Source of the DNA: an uncultured Candidatus Saccharibacteria bacterium
GTDB taxonomy: Bacteria; Patescibacteriota; Minisyncoccia; Minisyncoccales; JAGOPM01
Assembly (NCBI GenBank): GCA_964596325.1
Contig: CAZQSQ010000002.1
Location: 10,820-74,819, forward strand
Length of the DNA: 64,000 nucleotides
Reading direction: 5' to 3'
This document shows, piece after piece, positions 18,725-27,779 of this stretch. The notes below the pieces were generated by a model. The model had not been told where the DNA came from, did not search any database, and worked only from the letters and a program-made list of their open reading frames with translations. The position numbers were made by a program, and so were the translations under genes. Numbering within the stretch: position 1 is the first letter of the stretch; every line of letters starts with the position of its first letter.

Positions 18725-20109
18725 AGCAAAGCCTTAAGACCGGCCAATAATTTTTTCGGCAAAAAATTCTTATGCAATTTGAATAATGCTTTTAATCGAA
18801 CTTCGGAAATCTTTTTCTTGGCCAATATTTCCTGGGCCCGTTTCAAGAGCGGCTGATTGGGCAGGGCATTTTCTCGATTATATTCCAAACTCAGTTTTAA
18901 CGCGGCCAAGGTTTCCAAACGCATCCCCACGCATTCCAAGGGCTTGCCTTTGACATACCCGCTAAGCGCTTCCAAATCCCCTCGCAAGGCGCTGTTTTCA
19001 AATAAATCGCGACCAAAAATTTCTACGGCCTTTTCTTTGCCTAAAAACGGATAAAGTATCAGATAGGCAAATAGGCACTTACTGCAATTACCGCACCAAG
19101 AAAATGTCGGTTTTTTTGTGCCCGAATAGGAGCGCTGAGCCACATTGCAGCTTAAAAATATTTTATTATACTGCCCAAGCGAAGAAAAAATTTGTGCGCA
19201 CTTTATCTCATTTAGGGGCCGGATGATACTGAAATATTCCAAGTCGCGGGAAATATTTTCCACCAAATAACGGCGAAAATCCTTTTCAAATGCCAGACTC
19301 TTGGAATACTGGTGGTTTATCTTTTTTCCTCGCCAAATCAGCGATTCTTCATTGGCACTGTTTTCATTGGCGACAACAAAGCCTTTATAGCCCCCCAAAA
19401 CCACGCATAATGCGCCCAAAAAAGCCAAATAGGCGGAAAACGGGGTATGGCCGTTCAAAAATCCCTGCTGGTTTAATTCCAAAAGCTTGGGACAAATTTT
19501 GCGTTCAATAACAATCTGGTCTTGCGCCCCGCTGATTTTAGCCATTTCCAAACTCGAAGGAATCGGGTTAAGCATCAAGACAGAAAAATCTTCCGAGGCC
19601 TTTTTGAACACCTCTATCCCCACAGCCGAATCCTTTCCCCCGCCAAGGCCAAAAAGATAATTGCGAGTCCGAAAATATTTTGACGGCACGGATTTTCCTT
19701 TGGAAAAAGAAAAATCTACAAAATTTTTCTTCGAAAAATCGACAATATTGTTCTCATAAAAATATTGCCCCATTCCCTGCAAAAGCAGTTTTTTCCAAAA
19801 GGCAGCCTGACTTCGGCTGAGCGTCCCTTTTTCGATGACAATCTTTGGACTGCAAAAGGCTTTCCAATAAGAAAATGATTCGATTAAGCCTAAGTTAAAA
19901 ACCAAAGAGTCGATAAGCGGTTTATTGGCTGCTTGTGTGGCTAAGGCCGCAAGGCCGGCAATATTTTTTATCCGCACCTGCGGAAAAAATTCATATTCCC
20001 CAGCGGCAAAAGCAAAATCAATAACAAAATCGTTGTTCTCATCCACCCGCCAAGAATAATCACGATAATGAAAGGTCTTAAATTTTTTTTGCAGCTCTTG
20101 GTATGTCAT
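18721..20109 (-). CDS. PP-loop (adenine-nucleotide alpha-hydrolase-like) ATPase with a C-terminal CxxCxxC cluster, inserted between mraY and murD
   Basis: LFGLGGGKDSAVG resembles the SGGxDS PP-loop, and SWCGNCSKC resembles the QueC/N-acetyl-sugar-amidotransferase zinc motif. The 463-aa protein has start and stop codons that both overlap the flanking mur genes. Confidence 0.6.
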   Translation of the reverse strand: MTYQELQKKFKTFHYRDYSWRVDENNDFVIDFAFAAGEYEFFPQVRIKNIAGLAALATQAANKPLIDSLVFNLGLIESFSYWKAFCSPKIVIEKGTLSRSQAAFWKKLLLQGMGQYFYENNIVDFSKKNFVDFSFSKGKSVPSKYFRTRNYLFGLGGGKDSAVGIEVFKKASEDFSVLMLNPIPSSLEMAKISGAQDQIVIERKICPKLLELNQQGFLNGHTPFSAYLAFLGALCVVLGGYKGFVVANENSANEESLIWRGKKINHQYSKSLAFEKDFRRYLVENISRDLEYFSIIRPLNEIKCAQIFSSLGQYNKIFLSCNVAQRSYSGTKKPTFSWCGNCSKCLFAYLILYPFLGKEKAVEIFGRDLFENSALRGDLEALSGYVKGKPLECVGMRLETLAALKLSLEYNRENALPNQPLLKRAQEILAKKKISEVRLKALFKLHKNFLPKKLLAGLKALL

Positions 20110-21173
20110 CTTAAAACAGCCAGGCGCGCGATAATGCCTAAAATGGCACAAATGACGCCAATGACCCAAAATCTCATCGTTACTTTATAGGGCGGCCATC
20201 CTTTGGCTTCATAATGCAAATGGATGGGCGCAGCCAGAAAAAACTTTTTCTTCAAAAACTTTTTGGAAAGTAATTGGATAATGACCGAAAGTGATTCCCA
20301 AACCAGCAAAAAGCCGATTAGCGGCAGATACATTACCGAGTTGGTAAAAAAGGCCACGACCGCCAAACTGGCGCACAAAGCCATGGAGCCGGTTTCCCCC
20401 ATATAAAATTTGGCCGGCGGGATATTAAACCACAAATAAGTCAAAAGCGAACCAAAAACCGCAAAGCAGAACGAGGCCAAATCATATTGATGGAACATCC
20501 AGGCAATCAAGCCGTAGGCGCCAAACATCGAAAGGAAAGAGCCGGCCGCCAAACCGTCGATACCGTCAATAACCCCGCCGCTATAAGTGGCCATCATCAC
20601 GACAATGAAAAACAAGATATAAAATATTCCGAAATTGACATCTCCGACAAAAGGAATATAAACTGTGCTCCAACCGAGCTTGTAATAGCACCACCACCCG
20701 CCGACAAAACCCATAAATGCGAACAAAAGCAAGCGATAGCGCAGGCTCAAGCCGCCGGCGATATAATCGCCTTTGCCCTTAACCTGCAGGAGGTCATCAA
20801 CCAAGCCGACAATGGCCGCCACCACAAGCGCAAAAAAAGGTATCCAAGTTTGGTCGCGAGTGAAAAAATCCAAACTGGCCAGCCCGGGAACGCCGAACTT
20901 GGCACAAATATGCAAAATAAAGGCCACAACCAAAGGTGGAAGCCAAATAAGCACACCGCCCATGCGCGGAGTTTTAATTTCGCCCTCCCCATGCAGCTTT
21001 TGGAAATTAGAAACATCCTGCCCGTCGATAGCTTTGGTGCGCACGCTCTTGCGCCAAAACTTATTTTTATAAAGAAACTCGGTCACGATCGGGACCAAGA
21101 TTTGCGCGGTTAAAAAACTGAAAGCCGCGATGGTTAAAACCTTAAAGGCTGCAATGGTGTTAATAAAAGCCAT
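20106..21173 (-). CDS. mraY: Phospho-N-acetylmuramoyl-pentapeptide transferase MraY
   Basis: Ten-TM protein with conserved MraY Asp and His loops. 355 aa. Confidence 0.92.
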   Translation of the reverse strand: MAFINTIAAFKVLTIAAFSFLTAQILVPIVTEFLYKNKFWRKSVRTKAIDGQDVSNFQKLHGEGEIKTPRMGGVLIWLPPLVVAFILHICAKFGVPGLASLDFFTRDQTWIPFFALVVAAIVGLVDDLLQVKGKGDYIAGGLSLRYRLLLFAFMGFVGGWWCYYKLGWSTVYIPFVGDVNFGIFYILFFIVVMMATYSGGVIDGIDGLAAGSFLSMFGAYGLIAWMFHQYDLASFCFAVFGSLLTYLWFNIPPAKFYMGETGSMALCASLAVVAFFTNSVMYLPLIGFLLVWESLSVIIQLLSKKFLKKKFFLAAPIHLHYEAKGWPPYKVTMRFWVIGVICAILGIIARLAVLR

Positions 21174-22507
21174 TATTGTTTCTTAGTTTTTCTTTCTTGG
21201 ACCGTGGAGAGCCTTATATCAATGCGCTCCATATCGCGCGGGAAAAGCGAAGCATTGGCCACATTATCCAGCCCCAAAAATTGCTTAGTCACCCGCTCAA
21301 TGCCAACGGCAAACCCGCCCTCCGGCGGCATGCCATACTTGAAAGCCTCCAAATACATTTCAAAATCTTCGGGCTTATTGCCCCACTTTTTGATATTGGC
21401 CAGAAGCTCCTCGTAATCATTAATGCGTTGCCCGCCGGTTACGACTTCTAAGCCGCGGAAAAGCAAATCAAAGCCCAAAGTGTATTGAGGGTTTTCCGGA
21501 TCAGGATAAGTGTAGAACGGGCGCTTTTTGGTTGGAAAATGCGTTATGAAAATAAAATCGGAACCATATTCTTTTTTGGCCCATTCGCAAATTTTGCGCT
21601 CATCCTCAGGCGCCAAATCCGGCTCCTCGGTGGAAACGCCTAAAAGTTTTTGTGCGTCGCGCAACTTAATTTTGGGAAATGGCTTGCTTAAATCTAAATC
21701 TTGCACATTATAAAGTTTGCATGCTTCCTTATCCTCTAAAGCCTTACTCATCATGGCCTTTAAGGTGCCCTCGCACATAACCATGATATCTTCCCAAGAA
21801 TCAATAAAACCCATTTCCGCATCAAGGCTCACATACTCGCTTAAGTGCCGAGAAGTAGCGTGCGGCTCAGCGCGGTAGGCCTTAGTAACTGTCATGACGC
21901 GTTCGTATACGCCCACCAGCATCTGTTTGTGAAATTGCGGGCTTTGCGCTAAGTAAGCATCGTAATCGTAATAATCAACATGGAAAACCTCGCTGCCCCC
22001 TTCGGTCGCCACACCCACTAAGCCAGAAGCTTGGAATTCAGTAAAATCGTTTGCCTTAAGATATTCGCGGAAGCCGTCAATTAGTTTTTCTTGTACCTTA
22101 AAAATCGCTTTCAGCTCTGGCGCGCGCAAAGAAAATGGGCGGTGGTCCAAAACTACTGGCATGCTGACTTCCTTGATATTTTTTAACTCAAAAGGCAAAA
22201 CTTCAGATTTGGCTAAGACAACAACTTCACTAGCCTGCATTTCGACGCCTCCAGTAGCAGAATCCTTATTGATTAATTTTTCGGGCCGCTTAGCGATTTT
22301 GCCTTTTATCTGCAAAACCCATTGCTCTTTGATGCCCTCGGGCAGTGCCATATTTTTCAATTCGCAAACCACCTGCAAAGCGCCCGTTCTATCGCCCAAA
22401 TCCAAGAAAACCAGCTTGCCCAAATCGCGGCGGGTCAAAACCCAGCCCTGGACCAGAACTTCCTCGCCGACTTTCCCGATTGTTTCCTTGATTAATATTC
22501 GTGGCAT
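21173..22507 (-). CDS. aspS: Aspartate--tRNA ligase, archaeal/eukaryal type (probably non-discriminating)
   Basis: Class II motifs. The C-terminus FKYGMPPEGGFAVGIERV..FPRDMERI matches archaeal-type AspRS (SFRYGMPPHAGWGLGLERL..FPRD). 444 aa. Confidence 0.8.
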   Translation of the reverse strand: MPRILIKETIGKVGEEVLVQGWVLTRRDLGKLVFLDLGDRTGALQVVCELKNMALPEGIKEQWVLQIKGKIAKRPEKLINKDSATGGVEMQASEVVVLAKSEVLPFELKNIKEVSMPVVLDHRPFSLRAPELKAIFKVQEKLIDGFREYLKANDFTEFQASGLVGVATEGGSEVFHVDYYDYDAYLAQSPQFHKQMLVGVYERVMTVTKAYRAEPHATSRHLSEYVSLDAEMGFIDSWEDIMVMCEGTLKAMMSKALEDKEACKLYNVQDLDLSKPFPKIKLRDAQKLLGVSTEEPDLAPEDERKICEWAKKEYGSDFIFITHFPTKKRPFYTYPDPENPQYTLGFDLLFRGLEVVTGGQRINDYEELLANIKKWGNKPEDFEMYLEAFKYGMPPEGGFAVGIERVTKQFLGLDNVANASLFPRDMERIDIRLSTVQERKTKKQ

Positions 22508-22508
22508 T

Positions 22509-23519
22509 TTATTTAAGCAAATTTTTATAGTCCAATTTCATGGCTTGCTTGACCAAGTCCAAAGTTTCCTGCGCTTCAGCTCTAGCGCGCTTATTGCTGG
22601 TTGCCAAAATATCAGCAATCAGCTTATCGTTCTTTTCAAATTTTGCGCGGCGCTCGCGGATAGGATCTAAAAACTCATTAATCCTCTTGGCAATTTCTTT
22701 TTTGCATTCCACGCAGCCGATTTTGCCTTCGCGGCACTGCCGTGCCCTTTGCTCGACTAAATCTTTGGCAAAAACTTGGTAATATTTATAAATATTGCAA
22801 ATCTCAGGATCTCCCGGATCGTCCTTTTTTATTTTTTTCGGATCGGTCACGGCTTTGGAAATTTTTTCTTCCACTTCCTTGGCACTATCGGATAAATAAA
22901 TGGCATTGCCCAAAGACTTGCTCATTTTGCGTCCATCGGGGCCCAAAAGCCTTGGCGTACTACCCACGATTGGCTCCGGTTCGGTAAAAATTTCTTGGAA
23001 GTTAGAATTAAAATATCTGGCAATTTCGCGTGTTTGCTCGACATGGGGCAGCTGGTCTTCGCCCACGGGCACCACATCGGCCCGCACACATAAAATATCA
23101 GCGGCTTGGATAATGGGCCAACCAATATAGCCGAAAGTCGGGCCCTCCACGCCTTTATTTTTGATTTCATCCTTGATGGTTGGGTTGCGCACTACGCGGG
23201 ACATTTTAACCATCATGGAAAATATCAAATTAAGCTCGGCAATTTGGGGCACCTGCGACTCCACAAAAATACTGCACTTCTCCGGATCGATGCCCACAGA
23301 AAGGTAATCCAAAACCAAATCGGAAATATTTTTTTCAAAGGCAGCCGTGTTCTCGACATTATCGGTCAAATATTCATAATCAGCGATTATAAAAAAGCAG
23401 TCATAGTCGTTTTGCAGCTTGAGCCTGTTTTCCAGAGAACCAACATAGTGGCCCAAGTGAAGGCGGCCGCTGGGCCGATCACCTGTTAAGATGCGTTTTT
23501 TATTTGCGCTTTTTGGCAT
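22509..23519 (-). CDS. trpS: Tryptophan--tRNA ligase
   Basis: GDRPSGRLHLGHY HIGH region and KMSKSLGNAI. 336 aa. Confidence 0.9.
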   Translation of the reverse strand: MPKSANKKRILTGDRPSGRLHLGHYVGSLENRLKLQNDYDCFFIIADYEYLTDNVENTAAFEKNISDLVLDYLSVGIDPEKCSIFVESQVPQIAELNLIFSMMVKMSRVVRNPTIKDEIKNKGVEGPTFGYIGWPIIQAADILCVRADVVPVGEDQLPHVEQTREIARYFNSNFQEIFTEPEPIVGSTPRLLGPDGRKMSKSLGNAIYLSDSAKEVEEKISKAVTDPKKIKKDDPGDPEICNIYKYYQVFAKDLVEQRARQCREGKIGCVECKKEIAKRINEFLDPIRERRAKFEKNDKLIADILATSNKRARAEAQETLDLVKQAMKLDYKNLLK

Positions 23520-25845
23520 GTTTTTTGGCTGATTTTTTTGCTTTGGGCTTACTCTTTACAACCTTCTTAACTTGTTTTTTAACAGGCTTTTTAGCCACTT
23601 TCTTAGGTTGAGCCTTTCTTAAAATGGGCTTTTTAACCGGTTTAACGGCCTTTGCTGCGGGCTTTGGGGCCAAGTCGGCCACTTGCGCTACCTGTTGCAC
23701 TGTAGGCCATTTTTCGATAATTAAAGCCTTAGCTTTATTCTCAATGGGCAGCTTTTGGTAAAGCGCTTCAGTCACAAACGGCATAAAGGGATGTAAAAGC
23801 GCCAAGGAGTTTTTCAAGACGTAAAGCAAAATCTTCAACGTATTTTCTTTTTCTTCTTCGCTTTTGGCATTTTTTATCTGCTCTTTGGATTTCTCAATAT
23901 AGATATCGCAGAACTGGTGCCAAAAATATTCGTAAATATCACGGATGGCCGTGCCAAAAGCAAATTTAGAAATATTTTCCGTGGTTGATTCGATAAGGGC
24001 GTCGAGCTTACTTAAAATATCTTTATCAGCTTCTGTTTTGGCGACTGGTTTTTGCTTAATATCATAAGTTTTGCCTTCCGGAATATCCATGATGGCAAAA
24101 CGGGTCGCGTTCCAAACTTTGTTGGCAAATTTTTTGCCTGCAATAATAGCATCTTCACTGAAATGGATATCTTGCAAATCAGTGGCCTGCCAAGCCAAAC
24201 CCATACGCGTGGCATCAGCCCCGTAATTTTCCACCAAACCAATCGGGTCAATACCTGTACCCAAAGACTTGCTCATGCGCTTGCCATCCTTGGTCAAAAC
24301 CGTGGCATGGATTATGACATTTTTGAAAGGTTCGCTTCCGGTAAACTCCAATCCAGAAAATATCATCCGACTCACCCATAAATTAATAATATCGCGGGCC
24401 GTGGAAAGCGTGCTGGTGGGATAAAAATCCTGCAAATCTTTGGTGCTCTCAGGCCAGCCAAAGACCGCAAACGGCCACAGGGCGGAAGAAAACCAAGTGT
24501 CAAAAACATCTTCGACTTGCTTGGGCTCGCAGTTCCCGCACTTAGGGCACTTGCTTGGCACCTCCGTCGCGCAAAAAAATTCTTGGCTTTCTTGGCACTG
24601 CCAAATGGGCATCTGGTGTCCCCACCAAAGCTGGCGCGAAATGCACCAATCTTGGATATTTTCCATCCAATTAAACATGAGCTTTTCCCAGCTCTTTGGG
24701 TGGAATTTTACCTTGCCGCTTTTAACCGAAGCTAAAGCTGCCTCTGCCAAAGGCTTCATTTTTATAAACCATTGCTCGGAGGGCAGCGGCTCAATCACGG
24801 TATGGCATCTGGCGCAATGCGGCTTTTGGTGCACATGATCTTCAATCTTCACGAGTAAATCGAGCTGCTTTAGATCTTCCACAATAATCTCTCGCGCTTG
24901 GGCGGCTTTAAGACCTTGGTATTTGGGCGGAACATTTTTATTCAAACGGCCAAACTGGTCCATTATCTCAATCATCTCCAACTTATGGCGCACACCCATT
25001 TGATAATCAGTGAAATCGTGGAAAGGCGTGACCTTAACCATGCCTGTCCCAAATTCTTTGTCCACAGAATCATCAGCAATCACGGGCAATTCTTTATTAA
25101 CCAAAGGCAAAATAACAGTCTTGCCAATTAAATGCTTATAGCGGGCGTCACCGGGATTAACGGCCACGGCCGTGTCCCCTAACATGGTTTCCGGCCTGGT
25201 AGTGGCCACAATAACAAACTCCTTACCGTCTTTGGTAATCGGATATTTAATATGCCAAAGTTTTCCCTTTTCCTCTTCGCTTTCCACTTCCAAATCCGAA
25301 AGAGAAGTTTGGCAGCGAGTGCACCAATTAATAACGCGCTTGCCCCGATAAACCAAACCTTTGTTGTAATAGGCCGCAAAAGCCGCCTGCACAGCCTTGA
25401 CGTAGCCCTCATCCATGGTAAAGCGGGTGCGGCTCCAGTCGCAGGAAGCGCCCATGCGCCTAATTTGGTTCAAAATTATATCGCCGTATTTATTTTTCCA
25501 CTCCCAAACTTTCTTAACGAATTCTTCGCGACCAATTTGGTGGCGAGTGATATTTTGTTTGCGCAATTCCTTTTCAACGACATTTTGGGTCGCAATGCCA
25601 GCATGATCAATGCCCGGAACCCAAACTGTCCGGTATCCCTGCATGCGTTTGCTGCGAATGAGGACATCTTGAATAACCAAATTGAGGGCATGTCCCATAT
25701 GCAAATTACCCGTGACATTAGGCGGTGGTAAGGTGATGCTATATGTTTTTTTCCCAGTATCCGAAGGCTGGAAGAACTTTGAGCTCTCCCAAAAATTATA
25801 AATTTCCCCCTCGTTTTTCTTGGGGTCGTATTGCGGATCTATCAT
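23500..25845 (-). CDS. valS: Valine--tRNA ligase with an unusual lysine-rich C-terminal tail
   Basis: PPPNVTGNLHMGHA HIGH and KMSKSLGTGIDP motifs plus an editing domain. It ends in a roughly 55-aa K/P/A/V-rich tail rather than the usual coiled coil. It overlaps the trpS start by 20 nt. Confidence 0.9.
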   Translation of the reverse strand: MIDPQYDPKKNEGEIYNFWESSKFFQPSDTGKKTYSITLPPPNVTGNLHMGHALNLVIQDVLIRSKRMQGYRTVWVPGIDHAGIATQNVVEKELRKQNITRHQIGREEFVKKVWEWKNKYGDIILNQIRRMGASCDWSRTRFTMDEGYVKAVQAAFAAYYNKGLVYRGKRVINWCTRCQTSLSDLEVESEEEKGKLWHIKYPITKDGKEFVIVATTRPETMLGDTAVAVNPGDARYKHLIGKTVILPLVNKELPVIADDSVDKEFGTGMVKVTPFHDFTDYQMGVRHKLEMIEIMDQFGRLNKNVPPKYQGLKAAQAREIIVEDLKQLDLLVKIEDHVHQKPHCARCHTVIEPLPSEQWFIKMKPLAEAALASVKSGKVKFHPKSWEKLMFNWMENIQDWCISRQLWWGHQMPIWQCQESQEFFCATEVPSKCPKCGNCEPKQVEDVFDTWFSSALWPFAVFGWPESTKDLQDFYPTSTLSTARDIINLWVSRMIFSGLEFTGSEPFKNVIIHATVLTKDGKRMSKSLGTGIDPIGLVENYGADATRMGLAWQATDLQDIHFSEDAIIAGKKFANKVWNATRFAIMDIPEGKTYDIKQKPVAKTEADKDILSKLDALIESTTENISKFAFGTAIRDIYEYFWHQFCDIYIEKSKEQIKNAKSEEEKENTLKILLYVLKNSLALLHPFMPFVTEALYQKLPIENKAKALIIEKWPTVQQVAQVADLAPKPAAKAVKPVKKPILRKAQPKKVAKKPVKKQVKKVVKSKPKAKKSAKKHAKKRK

Positions 25846-26016
25846 ATCGAATTGTCAGATATACCATAGCACTTTTAGCTAAATATTTCAAAGGCTTTTA
25901 TGGCTGTGGAGAATGTGAAAAAGCCAATAACCGCGACAAGTTTCTTCTATTGATTTTTACATAAAAATATGCTATAATATAAGTATATTGTACTATAAAA
26001 ATTTTGGAGGACTAGA

Positions 26017-26463
26017 ATGAATGAAAGTGTAGGTACTGCGAATATGTTGGACAGGCTCGGGAAGGCCATAAATGATTTTCGTTGCACAAAGGAAAAGTTG
26101 CCCTCGAAACTTGAAGAGTATCATGATGGTGGAGACGATTCGGAATACTTTGAAGACGGTTATGTCTTAGGGAGGGTGGCAATTTTTGAACGCGAGAACT
26201 TCTTGGCTCTCGACGTCCAAATGAGGCATCGATGCGGCGAAGACACACTCTGGGCGTATTGTATGCTCTTGCGCCAATGTTCGTTTACGCATATTGGTCA
26301 AGTTGGTTCCGGCATTCATCGCTTCGTACCGACAAAGTTCCAGGATAGGCCAGCCGCTTTTCAAAAACAATATCTTGGCTGGACGGCTATGGATATTCAA
26401 GCACAATTTCTGGCATGCCAATTTTTCGACGATACATATACATTTGATTTGAATAGATACTAG
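26017..26463 (+). CDS. Hypothetical protein (orphan, monocistronic)
   Basis: GGAGG RBS, an upstream TATAAT and a strong terminator downstream. No recognisable motifs. Acidic N-terminal half. Confidence 0.45.
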   Translation: MNESVGTANMLDRLGKAINDFRCTKEKLPSKLEEYHDGGDDSEYFEDGYVLGRVAIFERENFLALDVQMRHRCGEDTLWAYCMLLRQCSFTHIGQVGSGIHRFVPTKFQDRPAAFQKQYLGWTAMDIQAQFLACQFFDDTYTFDLNRY

Positions 26464-26476
26464 CTACATAACAAAT

Positions 26477-26505
26477 CCCGCTCGATGAGCGGGACCTTTT
26501 TTTTC
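26477..26505 (+). terminator. Intrinsic terminator (cccgctc-gat-gagcggg plus T8)
   Basis: 7-bp GC-rich stem followed by eight T residues. Confidence 0.65.
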
Positions 26506-26532
26506 GACATTGGACTTTTAATATTGGCCTCC

Positions 26533-27510
26533 TTACTTATCCCACTTGAAACCATTGCCAAAGTGCCCATACATGGCAGTCTGCCTGAATTGGGGCTTGC
26601 GTAAATTCAAAAATTTAATGATTCCAGCCGGAGTCAGATCGTATCCCTTAATGTGGGAGATAAAATTAATTTTGCCCTTTTTGTGAACCTCGGCACAAGC
26701 CATGACTGGCTCGGCTACGCCAATCGCATAAGCCAAGCGCACAAACACCTGCTCGGCTTTTTCTTTTTTAAGCAGATCCACGGCAATTTTGCGCGCCATA
26801 TAGGCCGCCGACCTGTCCACTTTAGTATTATCCTTGCCCGAAAAGCACCCGCCGCCAATGGAAACATTGGGACCGTAATTATCCACAATCAATTTGCGCC
26901 CGGTGAGCCCGGTATCAGCGGCAAATCCGCCGATTGTCCATTCGCCGGCCGGGTTTTTAAGCCAACGGGTATCACCCTCTTTAATCCCCCACTTTTTCAA
27001 AAGCTTCAGCAATTCCGCTGGGTAATCCCCGCAAACACTGGTGACAACTTTGGTAATTTTGCCGTCTTCGACGGTTACTTGGCTTTTGCCGTCGCGCGGC
27101 CCCATGGCTTTGCTGAGCTGGCGGGAAAGCATAACCTCCAACGGCATCATTTCTTTGGTTTCATTGCACGCATAACCAACCATTATACCCTGATCCCCGG
27201 CCCCTCCCACATCGACCCCGGCCTTAATTTGGGGCGATTGCTGCACAATATGGACAGTTATACTGACTGCGTCTTCATTGCCACATGATTTATAAACGTC
27301 CTTGGCAATTTGTTCAAAATCGATTTTGGCATGGCTCGTAATTTCTCCCACAATGAAAATTTTGTTATGCCCGCCCATGGTTTCCACCGCCACCCTTGAG
27401 TAAGGGTCCTGGCGCAACGCTTCGTCTAAAATAGCATCGCTGATTTGATCGCAAATTTTGTCAGGATGCCCAATAGCAACACTTTCCGCTGTTTTGATTA
27501 TATGTTTCAT
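26533..27510 (-). CDS. metK: S-adenosylmethionine synthase (short form, 325 aa)
   Basis: ESVAIGHPDKICDQISDAILD and GGAGDQGIMVGYA MetK signatures. Confidence 0.92.
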   Translation of the reverse strand: MKHIIKTAESVAIGHPDKICDQISDAILDEALRQDPYSRVAVETMGGHNKIFIVGEITSHAKIDFEQIAKDVYKSCGNEDAVSITVHIVQQSPQIKAGVDVGGAGDQGIMVGYACNETKEMMPLEVMLSRQLSKAMGPRDGKSQVTVEDGKITKVVTSVCGDYPAELLKLLKKWGIKEGDTRWLKNPAGEWTIGGFAADTGLTGRKLIVDNYGPNVSIGGGCFSGKDNTKVDRSAAYMARKIAVDLLKKEKAEQVFVRLAYAIGVAEPVMACAEVHKKGKINFISHIKGYDLTPAGIIKFLNLRKPQFRQTAMYGHFGNGFKWDK

Positions 27511-27529
27511 AATGATTTTTTATTGAAAA

Positions 27530-27685
27530 AACGCCTGCAGGAAAAGAAAGCGTTGTAACGATTATCTTTCCCCTGGGGGTTTTAGATTTGGCACCTTCTG
27601 CGCTGGCAGGGTTGCCGGGTGGTCATCGGGCTAAATCCCGCGTTCGCCCATTGGCGAAACTCGCACCGCTCTTGATAATTTATTT
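27530..27685 (-). ncRNA. SAM-I (S-box) riboswitch in the metK 5' leader; aptamer about 27560-27682 plus a putative terminator/expression platform
   Basis: The minus-strand RNA reads UUAUCAAGAG...UAGCCCGAUGACCACCCGGCAACC...AAGGUGCCAAAUC...GAAAGAUAAU. This matches the SAM-I core: P1 UUAUC/GAUAA, the AAGAG junction, P3 GCCCGAUGA..CCGGCAACC and the GGUGCCAAAUC strand. An extra UUCGCC-AAUG-GGCGAA hairpin is inserted in P2. A weak stem plus U6 follows before the metK start. Confidence 0.75.
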
Positions 27686-27697
27686 GGTTGTTAATTA

Positions 27698-27725
27698 ATT
27701 ATAAATATCCAAAAGATTTTGGCAA
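27698..27725 (-). promoter_or_regulatory. Sigma70-like promoter (TTGCCA-16-TATAAT on the minus strand) upstream of the SAM riboswitch
   Basis: Reverse-complement hexamers lie at plus 27720-27725 and 27698-27703, placing the TSS just 5' of the riboswitch P1. Confidence 0.4.
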
Positions 27726-27779
27726 ATCCTTCTCATTGCCAATAAAGATAATTTATGGTACAATATAAATAACAGAAAT

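Noticed and set aside
20487-21113. 208-aa plus-strand ORF
   Set aside because: It is antisense to mraY, which has a full-length, well-conserved translation. The composition is low-complexity.
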